This document shows, one piece after another, positions 1 to 8,696 of a stretch of DNA of 64,000 bases. The first letter of the stretch is position 1. Each line of letters starts with the position of its first letter. Where the stretch lies: assembly GCA_964608265.1 (NCBI GenBank), contig CAZSNP010000010.1, positions 13,959-77,958 of the forward strand, written 5' to 3'. The position numbers were made by a program, and so were the translations under genes. The stretch is from an uncultured Anaerolineales bacterium (GTDB taxonomy: Bacteria; Chloroflexota; Anaerolineae; Anaerolineales; UBA6663). The notes under the pieces were generated by a model. The model had not been told where the DNA came from. It searched no databases and saw nothing but the letters and a program-made list of their open reading frames with translations.

Positions 1-1
1 G

Positions 2-400
2 AAAGTGTGGGATTTTCTGACCGATCCCGAAAAGGTGGCTTCGTGCGCGCCCGGCGTGGAGAAGGTGGAGGTGGTGGAGGCGGGCAGGAGATTCAAGGCG
101 ACCGCCGGCGTGGGCTTTGGCGCGGTCAAGGCCAGGTTCGCGGGCGACGCGGAGTTCGTGGAGCTCGATGCCCCGAACCGCGCCGTCATCAAGGCGCACG
201 GCAACGCGCCCGGCACGGCGGTGGATGTGAAGGCCGAGATGACCCTGGGCGACGCCGAGGGCGGCACGCAGATGAAGTGGTCGGCCGATATCGTCATCGT
301 CGGCCAGCTCGCCAGCCTGGCCGCGCGCATGATGGGCCCGGTGAGCCAGAAGCTCACCGAGCAGTTCTTCGAGGCGATGAAGAAGAGGATCGAACAGTAA
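2..400 (+). CDS. coxG: CoxG-like SRPBCC-fold accessory protein of CO dehydrogenase / molybdo-hydroxylase clusters, 5' end cut by the window edge
   Basis: Frame is open from the window edge to TAA at 398-400. Product VWDFLTDPEKVASCAPGVEKVE...AVIKAHGNAPG...QMKWSADIVIVGQLASLAARMMGPV fits the CoxG family as I remember it. A strong terminator follows, and coxD/coxE/xdhC-like genes lie nearby. Confidence 0.75.
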   Translation, partial: KVWDFLTDPEKVASCAPGVEKVEVVEAGRRFKATAGVGFGAVKARFAGDAEFVELDAPNRAVIKAHGNAPGTAVDVKAEMTLGDAEGGTQMKWSADIVIVGQLASLAARMMGPVSQKLTEQFFEAMKKRIEQ

Positions 401-420
401 CGGCCCTCGACCCCAAACGA

Positions 421-458
421 ACGCGGCGATGAGTTCGCTCATCGCCGCGTTTGTTTTT
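421..458. terminator. Bidirectional intrinsic terminator between convergent coxG and the S8 peptidase gene
   Basis: Perfect 13-bp stem acgcggcgatgag (421-433) / ctcatcgccgcgt (438-450) with loop ttcg. A T-tract ttgttttt lies at 451-458 and an A-rich stretch (ccccaaacga) on the other side. Confidence 0.75.
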
Positions 459-481
459 CCGCGCCGGCAGAGCCGTGCGCG

Positions 482-3400
482 CTATCGACTCAGTCGTGCG
501 AGCGCCGCCACCGCATCGCCGCTGCCCGCCTCGGCCTGCGCCATCACCTGCGCGAACGGCGTGTCGCCCAGGCCGTCCCCATCCGTATCCACCGCGTCGG
601 TGTAGCCAATCGCGCCGCTGGCGAAGTTGAGCCAGGCCGCGAGCAGCTCGCGCGGTGCGCCCTCGGCCGCGAGGATGCGCGTCGCGTCCGTCATCGTCAG
701 GGTGTCGAACGTCGCGCTCATGTGCCGCACCACGCCGAGCTCGCCGGCCAGCGACTCATCCGCCGCCCCGGCACGGAAGCGTTCGAGCCATTCCGCTGCG
801 CTCAGCGCGTGCGCGCTCGTTCCGGTGATGATCACATCGAGGCTGTCCGTGCCCTCGCCGGCGTCGTCATCGCTCACCCGCAGCGTGATGACGAAGTGAC
901 AAGGCGTGTACATTAACCGCGTCTGTTCGTCGCTCACCGCGCGCGGCTGGATGCTCGGGCTGAGGTAGGGATCGGGGCTGGGTGGGTTGACGAGCGACGT
1001 GCTGACCACATTCGGGAACAGCACGAACTCGTCGGCGATCCAGTCCCAGCTGAAGTGCAGGTCGTCGCTGCCGGGGTCGGTGGCGTCGGCGTGGAAGGTG
1101 ACGGTATCGCCGACGTTGGTGATGAGGGTGGGCACACCGCCAATGAGCACCGCGCCGCTCTTGTCGAGGTTGGCGTTCGGGTCAGCGTTGTGCACGAACA
1201 CCGCCGTGTTCTCGCACACGGTTACATCATCGTCCTGCCCGCACACGCGGATGCCGTACACGCCGTTGTCGCCGTACGTGTGCGAGACGTTGAAGGTCAG
1301 TGTCGCATCCGGTCGCACGTTTTCGAGCACACCCGCGATGGGTTGCACCGGCGAGCCGTCGCCCCAGTCAATGGTGGCCGCGAGCGGGTCGAGCCAGCCC
1401 GGGTCACTCACCACGCCGTTCACGGTCAGCGGCGAGTTCTCATCCGCCGGGAGGCTGCCGAGCGTGAGGTCGGGCGCGGCGTTGGCGACCGTGACGGTGG
1501 CGGTGTCGGTATCGAACGCGCCGTCGGGGTCGGTGACGCGCAGCCGCACGGTGAACGACCCATCCTGCCCCACACGGTCAAAGGCCGGCGCGCAGTTGTT
1601 GAGCACCTCGAACGTGCCGTTGTTATCCATATCCCAATCGCATACCAGTGGGTCGCCATCCGGGTCGCTCGAACCGGCGGCGCTCAGCGCCACGTTTGTG
1701 CCCTCGATGGTGGCGTACGGCCCGCCGGCCTCGGCCAGCGGCGGCCGGTTGTCCGGGGCGCCATCGGTCGGGGTGATGAGGGTGTAGGCCTGCGGCCCTG
1801 ACGGGACTGCATCGCCGATCACGCGCACCGTCCACGTGCCGGCCTTCGCCGCGCCGATCACCATCTCGACGACGTTGACGTTGTCATCACCATTCGTCGC
1901 CACGTTACCGGGCGCGGCGGGATTGAGGAGGAAGGGCTGAAAGACGATGCCATCCGGATCCGCGAGCCGCAGGTCGAGGTTGTTGATGAGGGTGGTCGCG
2001 GCCAGCCGGGTGGCGGGCGGGTCGCTCCAGGCCAGCGTCACGCGCACCGGCCCGCTGCCAGCGGAGTTGAAGGTGAAGAAATCGGTCGCGCCGTTGCCCA
2101 CATCCTCCACGTGAATGAGGTCGGCGGTGTCGTCGGCCCGCACCAAATCCACCGCCGCGCGCGCGTTGAACGCGCCCCATCCGAACTGATAATCCGGCCC
2201 GGCGTTGCCGAGGTCGGTGGCGGTGTGGGCGTAGAGGGCCTTGACGGTGTGCGGCAGCGGGCGTGAGCCGGCCCCGCGCGTGGTGCGCCATTGCTGGATG
2301 AGCAGCGCCGTGGCCCCGGCCACGATCGGCGTGGACATGCTCGTGCCGCACATGACGACGTACGAGTTGCGTGTCTCGCCGGCGTCAAGGTTGCCGTCGC
2401 CGTCCGCATCGTCGAAGGCGGGGGAGGTGATGCCGCCATCGCCGCCGTTCTGGCAGCCGGGCCCGACGATGTCGGGCTTGAGCCGGCCATCGTCGGTGGG
2501 GCCGAAGCTCGAGAAGCCGGTCATGCTGTTGTCGTTGGAATTGATCGCGCCGACGGCGATGGTGTTCTTGGCCGTGGCCGGCGAGCCGATAGTGCTGAAC
2601 TGGCCGCAGGGCGCGCCGCCCTGCCGCTCGTTGCCCGCCGACTCGAAGTAGATCAACTGCTGCCCGGCGATGCTGCCGCGCACGATCTGATCCAGCAGAA
2701 TCGCGGCGTTGGCGTAATCGCCCAGTTGGCCGCACGGGAAGCCGTTGAGCACGACGTTGTTGCCCAGCGACATGGTCGCCAGATCGGTCCCATTGCCGAG
2801 GGCGGTGGTGAAGTTGGCGTTGATGTCGCCCGTATCGTCGTAGAAGGGATTGGCGCTGCCGGGGCTGCCGAACGATCGGATGTTGGCCGCCGGCGCGCTG
2901 CCCATCCACTGATTGGGTGTGCCGCCGTTCGCGTTGCCGATGCTGTCGTTGCCGTTGCTGTTCGCGCCGCTGCCGGCCGCCGAGCCGGAGACGTGGGTCG
3001 AGTGCTGGCGCACGTTCTCACCGGCTTCGGTCTGCAGCACGCGCCCGGCGAAATCGGGGTGGCCGTTGTCGAGGATGCCCGAGTCGTACACCAGCACCGT
3101 GACGCCTGTGCCGTTCAAACTATACGGGGCGATGCGCAGCGGCGTGACGTTGGCCGCCGGGGCCGCGCCGTCATTCAGCTCGCTCAGGGCCGGCTCGCGC
3201 GCGGCGACGTACTGCACCTTGTCCTCCTGGGCGAGCCGCGAGGCCTGGCCGGGCTGGAAGGCGGCGAGGATGGAGGGCACGCCGGGCGTGACGCCGAGGA
3301 CTTCGCCGCCGAGCCGCCGCACTAACGCCTCGCCGTCGGCAAGGGTGATGTCGGCGTGCAGTTGCACCACGAGGGCTTCGCGGCCGTCCGGCAGGCGCGC

Positions 3401-3955
3401 CCATGCGCCCGCGTTACCCGCCGCCAGCGCCGGTTCGATCTTGTCGCCGGCCTGCAGCGGCCCGGCCCAGCGGATGGCTGTGATCGTCTGCAATTGCGGC
3501 ACTTGCGCCGCGCTGCCCGAGACGATGTAGGCGTTGCCGGTGGCATACGAGAGCAACTCGAAACCATAGCGGGCCAGTTCCCCTCTCACCGCCGCATCGG
3601 GCAATGTGTAGAACTGAACGAGGAGGTGGGTGAGGTCGGGTGGGGGGGCGCCCCGGCTTCGGAAGATGAGGGGGAGGTAGAGCGTGTGGTCGCCGACGGC
3701 GGCTTGCGGCGCGCCGGCCTGCGGGCTGGCGGCGGCCGTCATCAGACTCGCCAGTTCGGCGAAGCCCGGCTCGGGCGTAAACGTGCGTGATTTGAAGCGG
3801 ATGGTGTATGGGCTGGGGTCAGCGGCGGCCGGCGTGGCCTGCTGCGCCGCCGTTATCGGAGCCGGAGTGACGGCCGCCGCGAGCAACAGGCTCACGCTCA
3901 GCCAAATGCGCCCGGCCCGGCCAGCCCAACGAGTGAGAGTCAACGCCGTCATCAC
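482..3955 (-). CDS. Secreted subtilisin-like serine peptidase (S8 family) with PKD-like repeats and a C-terminal Asp/Gly-rich Ca-binding-like segment
   Basis: AGGAGG lies 6 nt upstream of the ATG at 3955. N-terminal signal peptide (RIWLSVSLLLAAAVTPAPITAAQQ). Catalytic triad motifs are VLVYDSGILDNGHPDF (Asp), HSTHVSGSAAG (His) and GTSMSTPIVAGATALL (Ser). PKD-like blocks include DPDGDPLVCDWDMDNNGTFE, ATIDWGDGSP and HFSWDW. A DTDGDGLGD segment sits near the C-terminus. Confidence 0.9.
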   Translation of the reverse strand: MMTALTLTRWAGRAGRIWLSVSLLLAAAVTPAPITAAQQATPAAADPSPYTIRFKSRTFTPEPGFAELASLMTAAASPQAGAPQAAVGDHTLYLPLIFRSRGAPPPDLTHLLVQFYTLPDAAVRGELARYGFELLSYATGNAYIVSGSAAQVPQLQTITAIRWAGPLQAGDKIEPALAAGNAGAWARLPDGREALVVQLHADITLADGEALVRRLGGEVLGVTPGVPSILAAFQPGQASRLAQEDKVQYVAAREPALSELNDGAAPAANVTPLRIAPYSLNGTGVTVLVYDSGILDNGHPDFAGRVLQTEAGENVRQHSTHVSGSAAGSGANSNGNDSIGNANGGTPNQWMGSAPAANIRSFGSPGSANPFYDDTGDINANFTTALGNGTDLATMSLGNNVVLNGFPCGQLGDYANAAILLDQIVRGSIAGQQLIYFESAGNERQGGAPCGQFSTIGSPATAKNTIAVGAINSNDNSMTGFSSFGPTDDGRLKPDIVGPGCQNGGDGGITSPAFDDADGDGNLDAGETRNSYVVMCGTSMSTPIVAGATALLIQQWRTTRGAGSRPLPHTVKALYAHTATDLGNAGPDYQFGWGAFNARAAVDLVRADDTADLIHVEDVGNGATDFFTFNSAGSGPVRVTLAWSDPPATRLAATTLINNLDLRLADPDGIVFQPFLLNPAAPGNVATNGDDNVNVVEMVIGAAKAGTWTVRVIGDAVPSGPQAYTLITPTDGAPDNRPPLAEAGGPYATIEGTNVALSAAGSSDPDGDPLVCDWDMDNNGTFEVLNNCAPAFDRVGQDGSFTVRLRVTDPDGAFDTDTATVTVANAAPDLTLGSLPADENSPLTVNGVVSDPGWLDPLAATIDWGDGSPVQPIAGVLENVRPDATLTFNVSHTYGDNGVYGIRVCGQDDDVTVCENTAVFVHNADPNANLDKSGAVLIGGVPTLITNVGDTVTFHADATDPGSDDLHFSWDWIADEFVLFPNVVSTSLVNPPSPDPYLSPSIQPRAVSDEQTRLMYTPCHFVITLRVSDDDAGEGTDSLDVIITGTSAHALSAAEWLERFRAGAADESLAGELGVVRHMSATFDTLTMTDATRILAAEGAPRELLAAWLNFASGAIGYTDAVDTDGDGLGDTPFAQVMAQAEAGSGDAVAALARLSR

Positions 3956-4159
3956 ACACCTCCTGCTGCTGACGTGTCAAGCAATGGGTTGATCAATTGA
4001 GACGTGCTGTATGGGAGCTTGCAACGCTCACCCCTGGTAGTGCCGCGTTGCCCGGCGCCATCATCCTATGACTTTCGCCCCTAACTTTCAAGAGGGAGTT
4101 TGTCGCGTTTCCGTCATCTCCGTAAACGCCAGGCCGGGCCGATTTTGGCCGACGGCTGA

Positions 4160-4168
4160 TGATAGAAT
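4160..4168 (+). promoter_or_regulatory. Extended -10-like promoter element TGaTAGAAT upstream of coxD
   Basis: tgatagaat at 4160-4168, about 31 nt upstream of the proposed TTG start at 4200. Sequence pattern only. Confidence 0.35.
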
Positions 4169-4199
4169 CCGGGCCGATCACCCTGCGCGGGAGCTTACC

Positions 4200-5090
4200 T
4201 TGACTTACCACACAATTGACGACCTGCAGGCCGCCTTGCGCGCCCACAATTACATCGCCGACCGCGGGCTGACGACGGCGATCTACCTCGCCCTCAAACT
4301 GGGCCGCCCGCTGTTCCTCGAGGGCGAGGCGGGCGTGGGCAAGACCGAAATCGCCAAGGTGCTGTCGGCCCTGCTGGAGACGGAATTGATCCGTCTGCAA
4401 TGTTACGAAGGTCTGGATGTGCACCACGCGGTGTACGAATGGAACTACACCCGGCAGATGTTGCACATGCGGCTGGCCGAGGCGCGTGGCGAGAAGGTGG
4501 CCGAGGCCGAGCTGTTCGGGCCGGAGTTTTTGCTCAAGCGCCCGCTGTTGCAGGCCATCGAGGACTCGCGTGAGAAAGCGCCGATCCTGCTGATCGATGA
4601 ACTCGACCGCAGCGACGACGAGTTCGAGGCCTTTCTGCTCGAGGTGCTCTCCGACTTTCAGATCACCATCCCCGAACTCGGCACGCTCTCGGCCAAACAC
4701 CGCCCGGTCGTCATCGTCACTTCCAACCGCACACGCGAGGTGCACGACGCGCTCAAACGCCGCTGCCTTTACCATTGGATCGAGTATCCGGCCTTTGAAA
4801 AAGAGCTGGCCATCATCTGCGCCAAGGTGCCGCAGGCCTCAGAGCAACTCGCGCGGCAGGTGACCAGGTTCGTGCAGGAACTGCGCCGCGCCGACCTGTA
4901 CAAGTTGCCGGGCGTGGCCGAGACGCTCGACTGGACGACGGCGCTGGTGGCGCTCGATCAAAAGCAACTTGACCTCAGCATCGTCAACGAAACGCTCGGC
5001 GTGATCTTGAAATACCAGGACGATGTCGAGAAAGTGCGCGGCCAACAGGCGCAGGCCATCCTCGACATGATCCGCGCCGGGGCGGTGTAG
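4200..5090 (+). CDS. coxD: MoxR/CoxD-type AAA+ ATPase
   Basis: Walker A LFLEGEAGVGKTEIAKVL, Walker B ILLIDELDRSDDEFEAFLLEVL, and PVVIVTSNRTREVHDALKRRC. The ORF-track frame opens at 4068. I prefer the TTG at 4200 because GGGAG (4189-4193) sits 6 nt upstream and it gives a typical 296-aa product starting (M)TYHTIDDLQAAL. The start is uncertain. Confidence 0.85.
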   Translation: MTYHTIDDLQAALRAHNYIADRGLTTAIYLALKLGRPLFLEGEAGVGKTEIAKVLSALLETELIRLQCYEGLDVHHAVYEWNYTRQMLHMRLAEARGEKVAEAELFGPEFLLKRPLLQAIEDSREKAPILLIDELDRSDDEFEAFLLEVLSDFQITIPELGTLSAKHRPVVIVTSNRTREVHDALKRRCLYHWIEYPAFEKELAIICAKVPQASEQLARQVTRFVQELRRADLYKLPGVAETLDWTTALVALDQKQLDLSIVNETLGVILKYQDDVEKVRGQQAQAILDMIRAGAV

Positions 5091-5104
5091 GGCGCCGGGC
5101 CGAG

Positions 5105-6268
5105 ATGGACGCGGCTCAACCGGCGGGTAACGGCAAGCTGCTCGCCAACCTGATCCTGTTTGGCCGTGTGCTCCGGGGCCTCGGCCTCGATGTGAACCCG
5201 GGACGGGTGATGGACGTGGCCCATGCGCTCGAGTTCGTCGAGATCGGGCGCAAGGCCGACTTTTACAACACCATCCGCAGCCTGCTCGTGCACCGGCGTG
5301 AGGACCTGGCCCTCTTCGATCAGGCCTTTCAACTTTTCTGGCGCGTGCCGCCCGAGGGTTACGAGATCAAGCTGCCGGCCAAGGCCCCGCCGCGCCGCAA
5401 GCCGTTGGTCAAACCGCCGGCGTTGCGCGAGCCGAAGGACGCCGACGGCGAGGCGCCGCCCAGCCGCGATCAGCCGCCCGTTATCGAGGTCACGCAAACC
5501 TACAGCGCCAACGAAGTCCTGCGGCACAAAGACTTCGCCGAGATGACGGCCGAGGAACTGGCCGAGGTCAAAGAAATGATGGCCCGCCTGTTTTGGCAAC
5601 TCGGCGAGCGCCGCACGCGCCGGCGTGAGCCGGGCAAGGGCCGCTGGCTCGACCTGCGCCGCACCCTGCGCCTCAACCTGCGGCACGGCGGCGAAATCCT
5701 GCGCTGGGCCGAGCGCGAGCCGAAAGTCAAACCGCGCCCGCTGGTCGTCATCGCCGACATCAGCGGCAGCATGGAGCGTTACACGCGCTTGTTACTGCAC
5801 TTCATCTACGGCCTCACCCAGGGATTGGATCAACCGGTCGAGTCGTTCGTGTTCAGCACCCGCCTCACGCGCATCACACGGCAGATTGGGCAGCGCAACA
5901 TCGATCGCGCGCTGCGCGACGTCGGGCGCACGGTGAACGACTGGGCCGGGGGCACCCGCATCGGTGACGCGGTCAAGGCCTTCAACTTCGATTGGGGCCG
6001 GCGCGTGCTGGGGCGCGGCGCGGTGGTGCTCCTCATCAGCGACGGCTGGGATCGCGGCGACCCGCTGCTGCTCAGCCGGGAGCTGGGCCGGCTGCATCGC
6101 AGTTGTCATCGCCTCGTGTGGCTTAACCCGCTGCTTGGCTCGCCCGAGTACGAACCGCTGACGCGCGGCATCCAGGCCGCCCTGCCGCACCTGGATGATT
6201 TTCTTCCCGTGCACAACCTCGCCAGCCTCGAAGACCTGGCGGCGCGGCTGGCAGCGTTGAAAGACTGA
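5105..6268 (+). CDS. coxE: VWA-domain CoxE-like protein
   Basis: MIDAS-type motif VVIADISGSMERY. The C-terminal LLISDGWDRGDP...LVWLNPLLG block is typical of the CoxE/VWA_CoxE family. It directly follows coxD with a 14-nt gap. Confidence 0.85.
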   Translation: MDAAQPAGNGKLLANLILFGRVLRGLGLDVNPGRVMDVAHALEFVEIGRKADFYNTIRSLLVHRREDLALFDQAFQLFWRVPPEGYEIKLPAKAPPRRKPLVKPPALREPKDADGEAPPSRDQPPVIEVTQTYSANEVLRHKDFAEMTAEELAEVKEMMARLFWQLGERRTRRREPGKGRWLDLRRTLRLNLRHGGEILRWAEREPKVKPRPLVVIADISGSMERYTRLLLHFIYGLTQGLDQPVESFVFSTRLTRITRQIGQRNIDRALRDVGRTVNDWAGGTRIGDAVKAFNFDWGRRVLGRGAVVLLISDGWDRGDPLLLSRELGRLHRSCHRLVWLNPLLGSPEYEPLTRGIQAALPHLDDFLPVHNLASLEDLAARLAALKD

Positions 6269-6316
6269 CGAAAGGAGAGAACCGGAGGCTACGCCGGTTC
6301 ACTGAGTCCCTTCTGT

Positions 6317-7363
6317 ATGCGCGATGTGATGGCTGATATTGATCAATGGCTGGAACACAATGAGTCGGTGGCGTTGGCGACCGTTGTGCAAACGTGGGGG
6401 AGTTCACCGAGGCAGGCCGGCGCGAAGATGGCGTTGACGCCGGGCGGCGGCATGACCGGCTCGGTGAGCGGCGGCTGTGTGGAGGGCGCCACGTTCGAGG
6501 AGGGCGTGGCCGTATTGAAATCGGGGCAGGCCAAACTCGTCCATTTCGGCGTAGCGGATGAAACGGCGTGGGAGGTTGGCCTGGCGTGCGGCGGCAGCAT
6601 CGAAGTGCTTGTGCAACCGCTGGATCGCGGGCTGTATGCGGCGACCCGCGCGTTGCTGTTGGCCGAGAAACCGTTTGCGGTGGCGACGCTGGTGCGGGGC
6701 GTGGAGGTCGGGCGCGGCTTTGTGATCAATGATGCGGAAGCCGTCGTCGCCCACAGCGGGCCGTCGCCCACCGAAGAGGAAACGGCTGCCGCGCGAGCCG
6801 CGCTTGCCGCCGGCCAATCCACCCGCAGCCCGCTCCCCTCGGGCGAGTGGTTCATCGAAGTCGTCTGGCCCTCCCCCACCCTCATCGTCGTCGGGGGCGT
6901 GCACACTTCCATTGCGTTGACGGCGTTGGCGAAGACGCTGGGATACCGCACCGTCGTCGTTGATCCGCGCCGGGCGTTCGGCAGCGAGGCCCGCTTCCCG
7001 CACGTGGACCGGCTGGTGCAACAGTGGCCCGACGAGGCGTTGAAGGCCATCGGGATTTCGCGCGCCACCGCGGTGGCGATGCTGACACACGATCCCAAAC
7101 TCGATGACCCCGGCCTGCTGGTGGCGCTGCGCAGCAATGCCTTTTACGTTGGCGCGCTCGGCAGCCGGGGCACACAGGCGAAGCGCCGCGCGCGCCTGAA
7201 AGCCGAAGGCCTCAGCGACGAACAGCTCGCCCGCCTGCGCGGCCCCATCGGGCTCGACCTCGGCGGGCGCACGCCCGAGGAAGTGGCGCTGGCTATCCTG
7301 GCCGAGATCGTGGCGGCGCGCAACGGGCGGCTGCGGGCAGGGGAGCGCTCGGCTGCGGTGTGA
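6317..7363 (+). CDS. xdhC: XdhC/CoxF(CoxI)-family molybdenum cofactor insertion chaperone
   Basis: N-terminal block ALATVVQTWGSSPRQAGAKMAL...GSVSGGCVE and C-terminal Rossmann block LIVVGGVHTSIALTALAKTLGYRTVVVDPR...THDPKLDDPGL...YVGALGSRGT. Confidence 0.85.
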   Translation: MRDVMADIDQWLEHNESVALATVVQTWGSSPRQAGAKMALTPGGGMTGSVSGGCVEGATFEEGVAVLKSGQAKLVHFGVADETAWEVGLACGGSIEVLVQPLDRGLYAATRALLLAEKPFAVATLVRGVEVGRGFVINDAEAVVAHSGPSPTEEETAAARAALAAGQSTRSPLPSGEWFIEVVWPSPTLIVVGGVHTSIALTALAKTLGYRTVVVDPRRAFGSEARFPHVDRLVQQWPDEALKAIGISRATAVAMLTHDPKLDDPGLLVALRSNAFYVGALGSRGTQAKRRARLKAEGLSDEQLARLRGPIGLDLGGRTPEEVALAILAEIVAARNGRLRAGERSAAV

Positions 7364-7380
7364 GCGTGCGGGCGGCCCTT

Positions 7381-7389
7381 TGGTAAAAT
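7381..7389 (+). promoter_or_regulatory. Extended -10-like element TGgTAAAAT, part of a 22-nt box repeated at 9729-9750
   Basis: tttggtaaaatt(cct)gctcgccgct at 7379-7403, located 3-17 nt upstream of the candidate starts of the Wzt-like gene. Confidence 0.4.
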
Positions 7390-7405
7390 TCCTGCTCGCC
7401 GCTGA

Positions 7406-8641
7406 ATGATGCGGCGCGGTATGACCCAGCCCATCATCGAGTTTCAATCTGTCAGCAAGCGCTATCGGAAGCGCCGGCACAGGGCGTTCCGCGATTTCTT
7501 CGTCCGCGCCGGCCAGCGCGCCGCGAGTGACGCCGAGTTTTGGGCGCTGCGGGAGGTGGACTTTGCCATTCAGCCGGGCGAGTCGGTCGGGCTGATCGGG
7601 CCAAACGGCGCTGGCAAGAGTACGGCGCTCAGGCTCATCAGCGGTGTGGCCGCGCCCAACGCCGGGCAAGTGGTGGTTCGCGGCCGGGTTGGCGCGCTGC
7701 TTGAACTGGGGGCCGGCTTCCACCCCGAGTTGAGCGGGCGCGACAATGTCTACCTCAACGCCGCCCTGCTGGGGTTGGGCCGGAGCGACATCGCGCGCAG
7801 GTTTGACTCCATCGTCGGGTTTTCCGAACTGGCCGAGTTCATCGACACCCCGGTGAAGCATTACTCGTCGGGCATGTTCATGCGGCTGGCCTTTGCGGTG
7901 AACATCCACGTCGAGCCGGAGATTCTGCTGGTGGATGAAGTCCTGGCCGTGGGCGACTACAACTTTCAGAAGAAGTGTCTTGATCGCATCAACGAGCTGA
8001 AGCGCAATGGCGTGACGATTTTTCTGGTCTCACACAGCCACGACATGATCCGCGAGCACTGCACGCGCGCCGTATGGCTCGATCACGGCCGGCTCATCGC
8101 GGATGGCGCCGCCGAGCCGGTGGTCGTGCAATACCTCGACCGGGCGCTGGCCGCCGAGGCGGCGCGGTTGAGCGCCGGGGCGAACAGCCCGCGGTCACGC
8201 TGGGGCTCGCGCAAAATCGAAATCACCGGCGTGCGCCTCACCGACGAGGCCGGGAACGACAAAGCAATCTTTGCAACGCATGATCCGCTCGTCGTGCACA
8301 TCGCCTATCGCGCGCACGAGGCGGTGCCGCCGCCCGTCTTCGGGGTTGGCATCCACCGGCAGGATGGCGTACACATCACCGGCCCGAACACGGATTTTGC
8401 GCGCTTCGATCTGCCAGCCCTCGCCGGCTCGGGCGCGATCACTTTTCATGTCCCGCAGTTGCCACTTCTGGAGGGGGCCTTTGCCGTTTCGGTCTCGGTT
8501 CACCCGCGCGACGATACCGAGATGTACGACTTCCATGATCGGCTGTATCTTTTTCGAGTGGTGAACCGGCAGGCGCAGGTCCACGAGAAGTACGGTCTCG
8601 TAACGCTCCGGGGAGACTGGGCGCATCGGCCGGCGGCGTGA
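7406..8641 (+). CDS. wzt: Polysaccharide-export ABC transporter ATP-binding protein (Wzt/TagH-like) with a C-terminal glycan-binding beta-sandwich extension
   Basis: Walker A GLIGPNGAGKST, signature YSSGMFMRLAF, Walker B ILLVDEVLAVGD. About 160 extra C-terminal residues (RKIEITGVRLTDEAGN...VFGVGIHRQDGVHITGPNT...) resemble the Wzt C-terminal domain. The start is either 7406 or the ATG at 7421 (MTQPIIEFQSVSKRY). Confidence 0.85.
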   Translation: MMRRGMTQPIIEFQSVSKRYRKRRHRAFRDFFVRAGQRAASDAEFWALREVDFAIQPGESVGLIGPNGAGKSTALRLISGVAAPNAGQVVVRGRVGALLELGAGFHPELSGRDNVYLNAALLGLGRSDIARRFDSIVGFSELAEFIDTPVKHYSSGMFMRLAFAVNIHVEPEILLVDEVLAVGDYNFQKKCLDRINELKRNGVTIFLVSHSHDMIREHCTRAVWLDHGRLIADGAAEPVVVQYLDRALAAEAARLSAGANSPRSRWGSRKIEITGVRLTDEAGNDKAIFATHDPLVVHIAYRAHEAVPPPVFGVGIHRQDGVHITGPNTDFARFDLPALAGSGAITFHVPQLPLLEGAFAVSVSVHPRDDTEMYDFHDRLYLFRVVNRQAQVHEKYGLVTLRGDWAHRPAA

Positions 8642-8696
8642 GACAAAACAGGCCGAGGCGTGTAGAACCCGGGACATCGCATTTGGAGCAATAGGA

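Noticed and set aside
3643-3649. G7 run (C7 on the coding strand) encoding PPP just after the YLPLIFR motif in the S8 peptidase
   Set aside because: It is short for a contingency tract, and Pro-Pro-Pro encoded by CCC codons is expected in this composition.
6404-7909. 501-aa minus-strand ORF spanning xdhC and the start of the Wzt-like gene
   Set aside because: It lies antisense to two genes with clear family signatures, its product is Arg/Pro/Ala-rich, and it crosses an intergenic region. It is a GC artefact.
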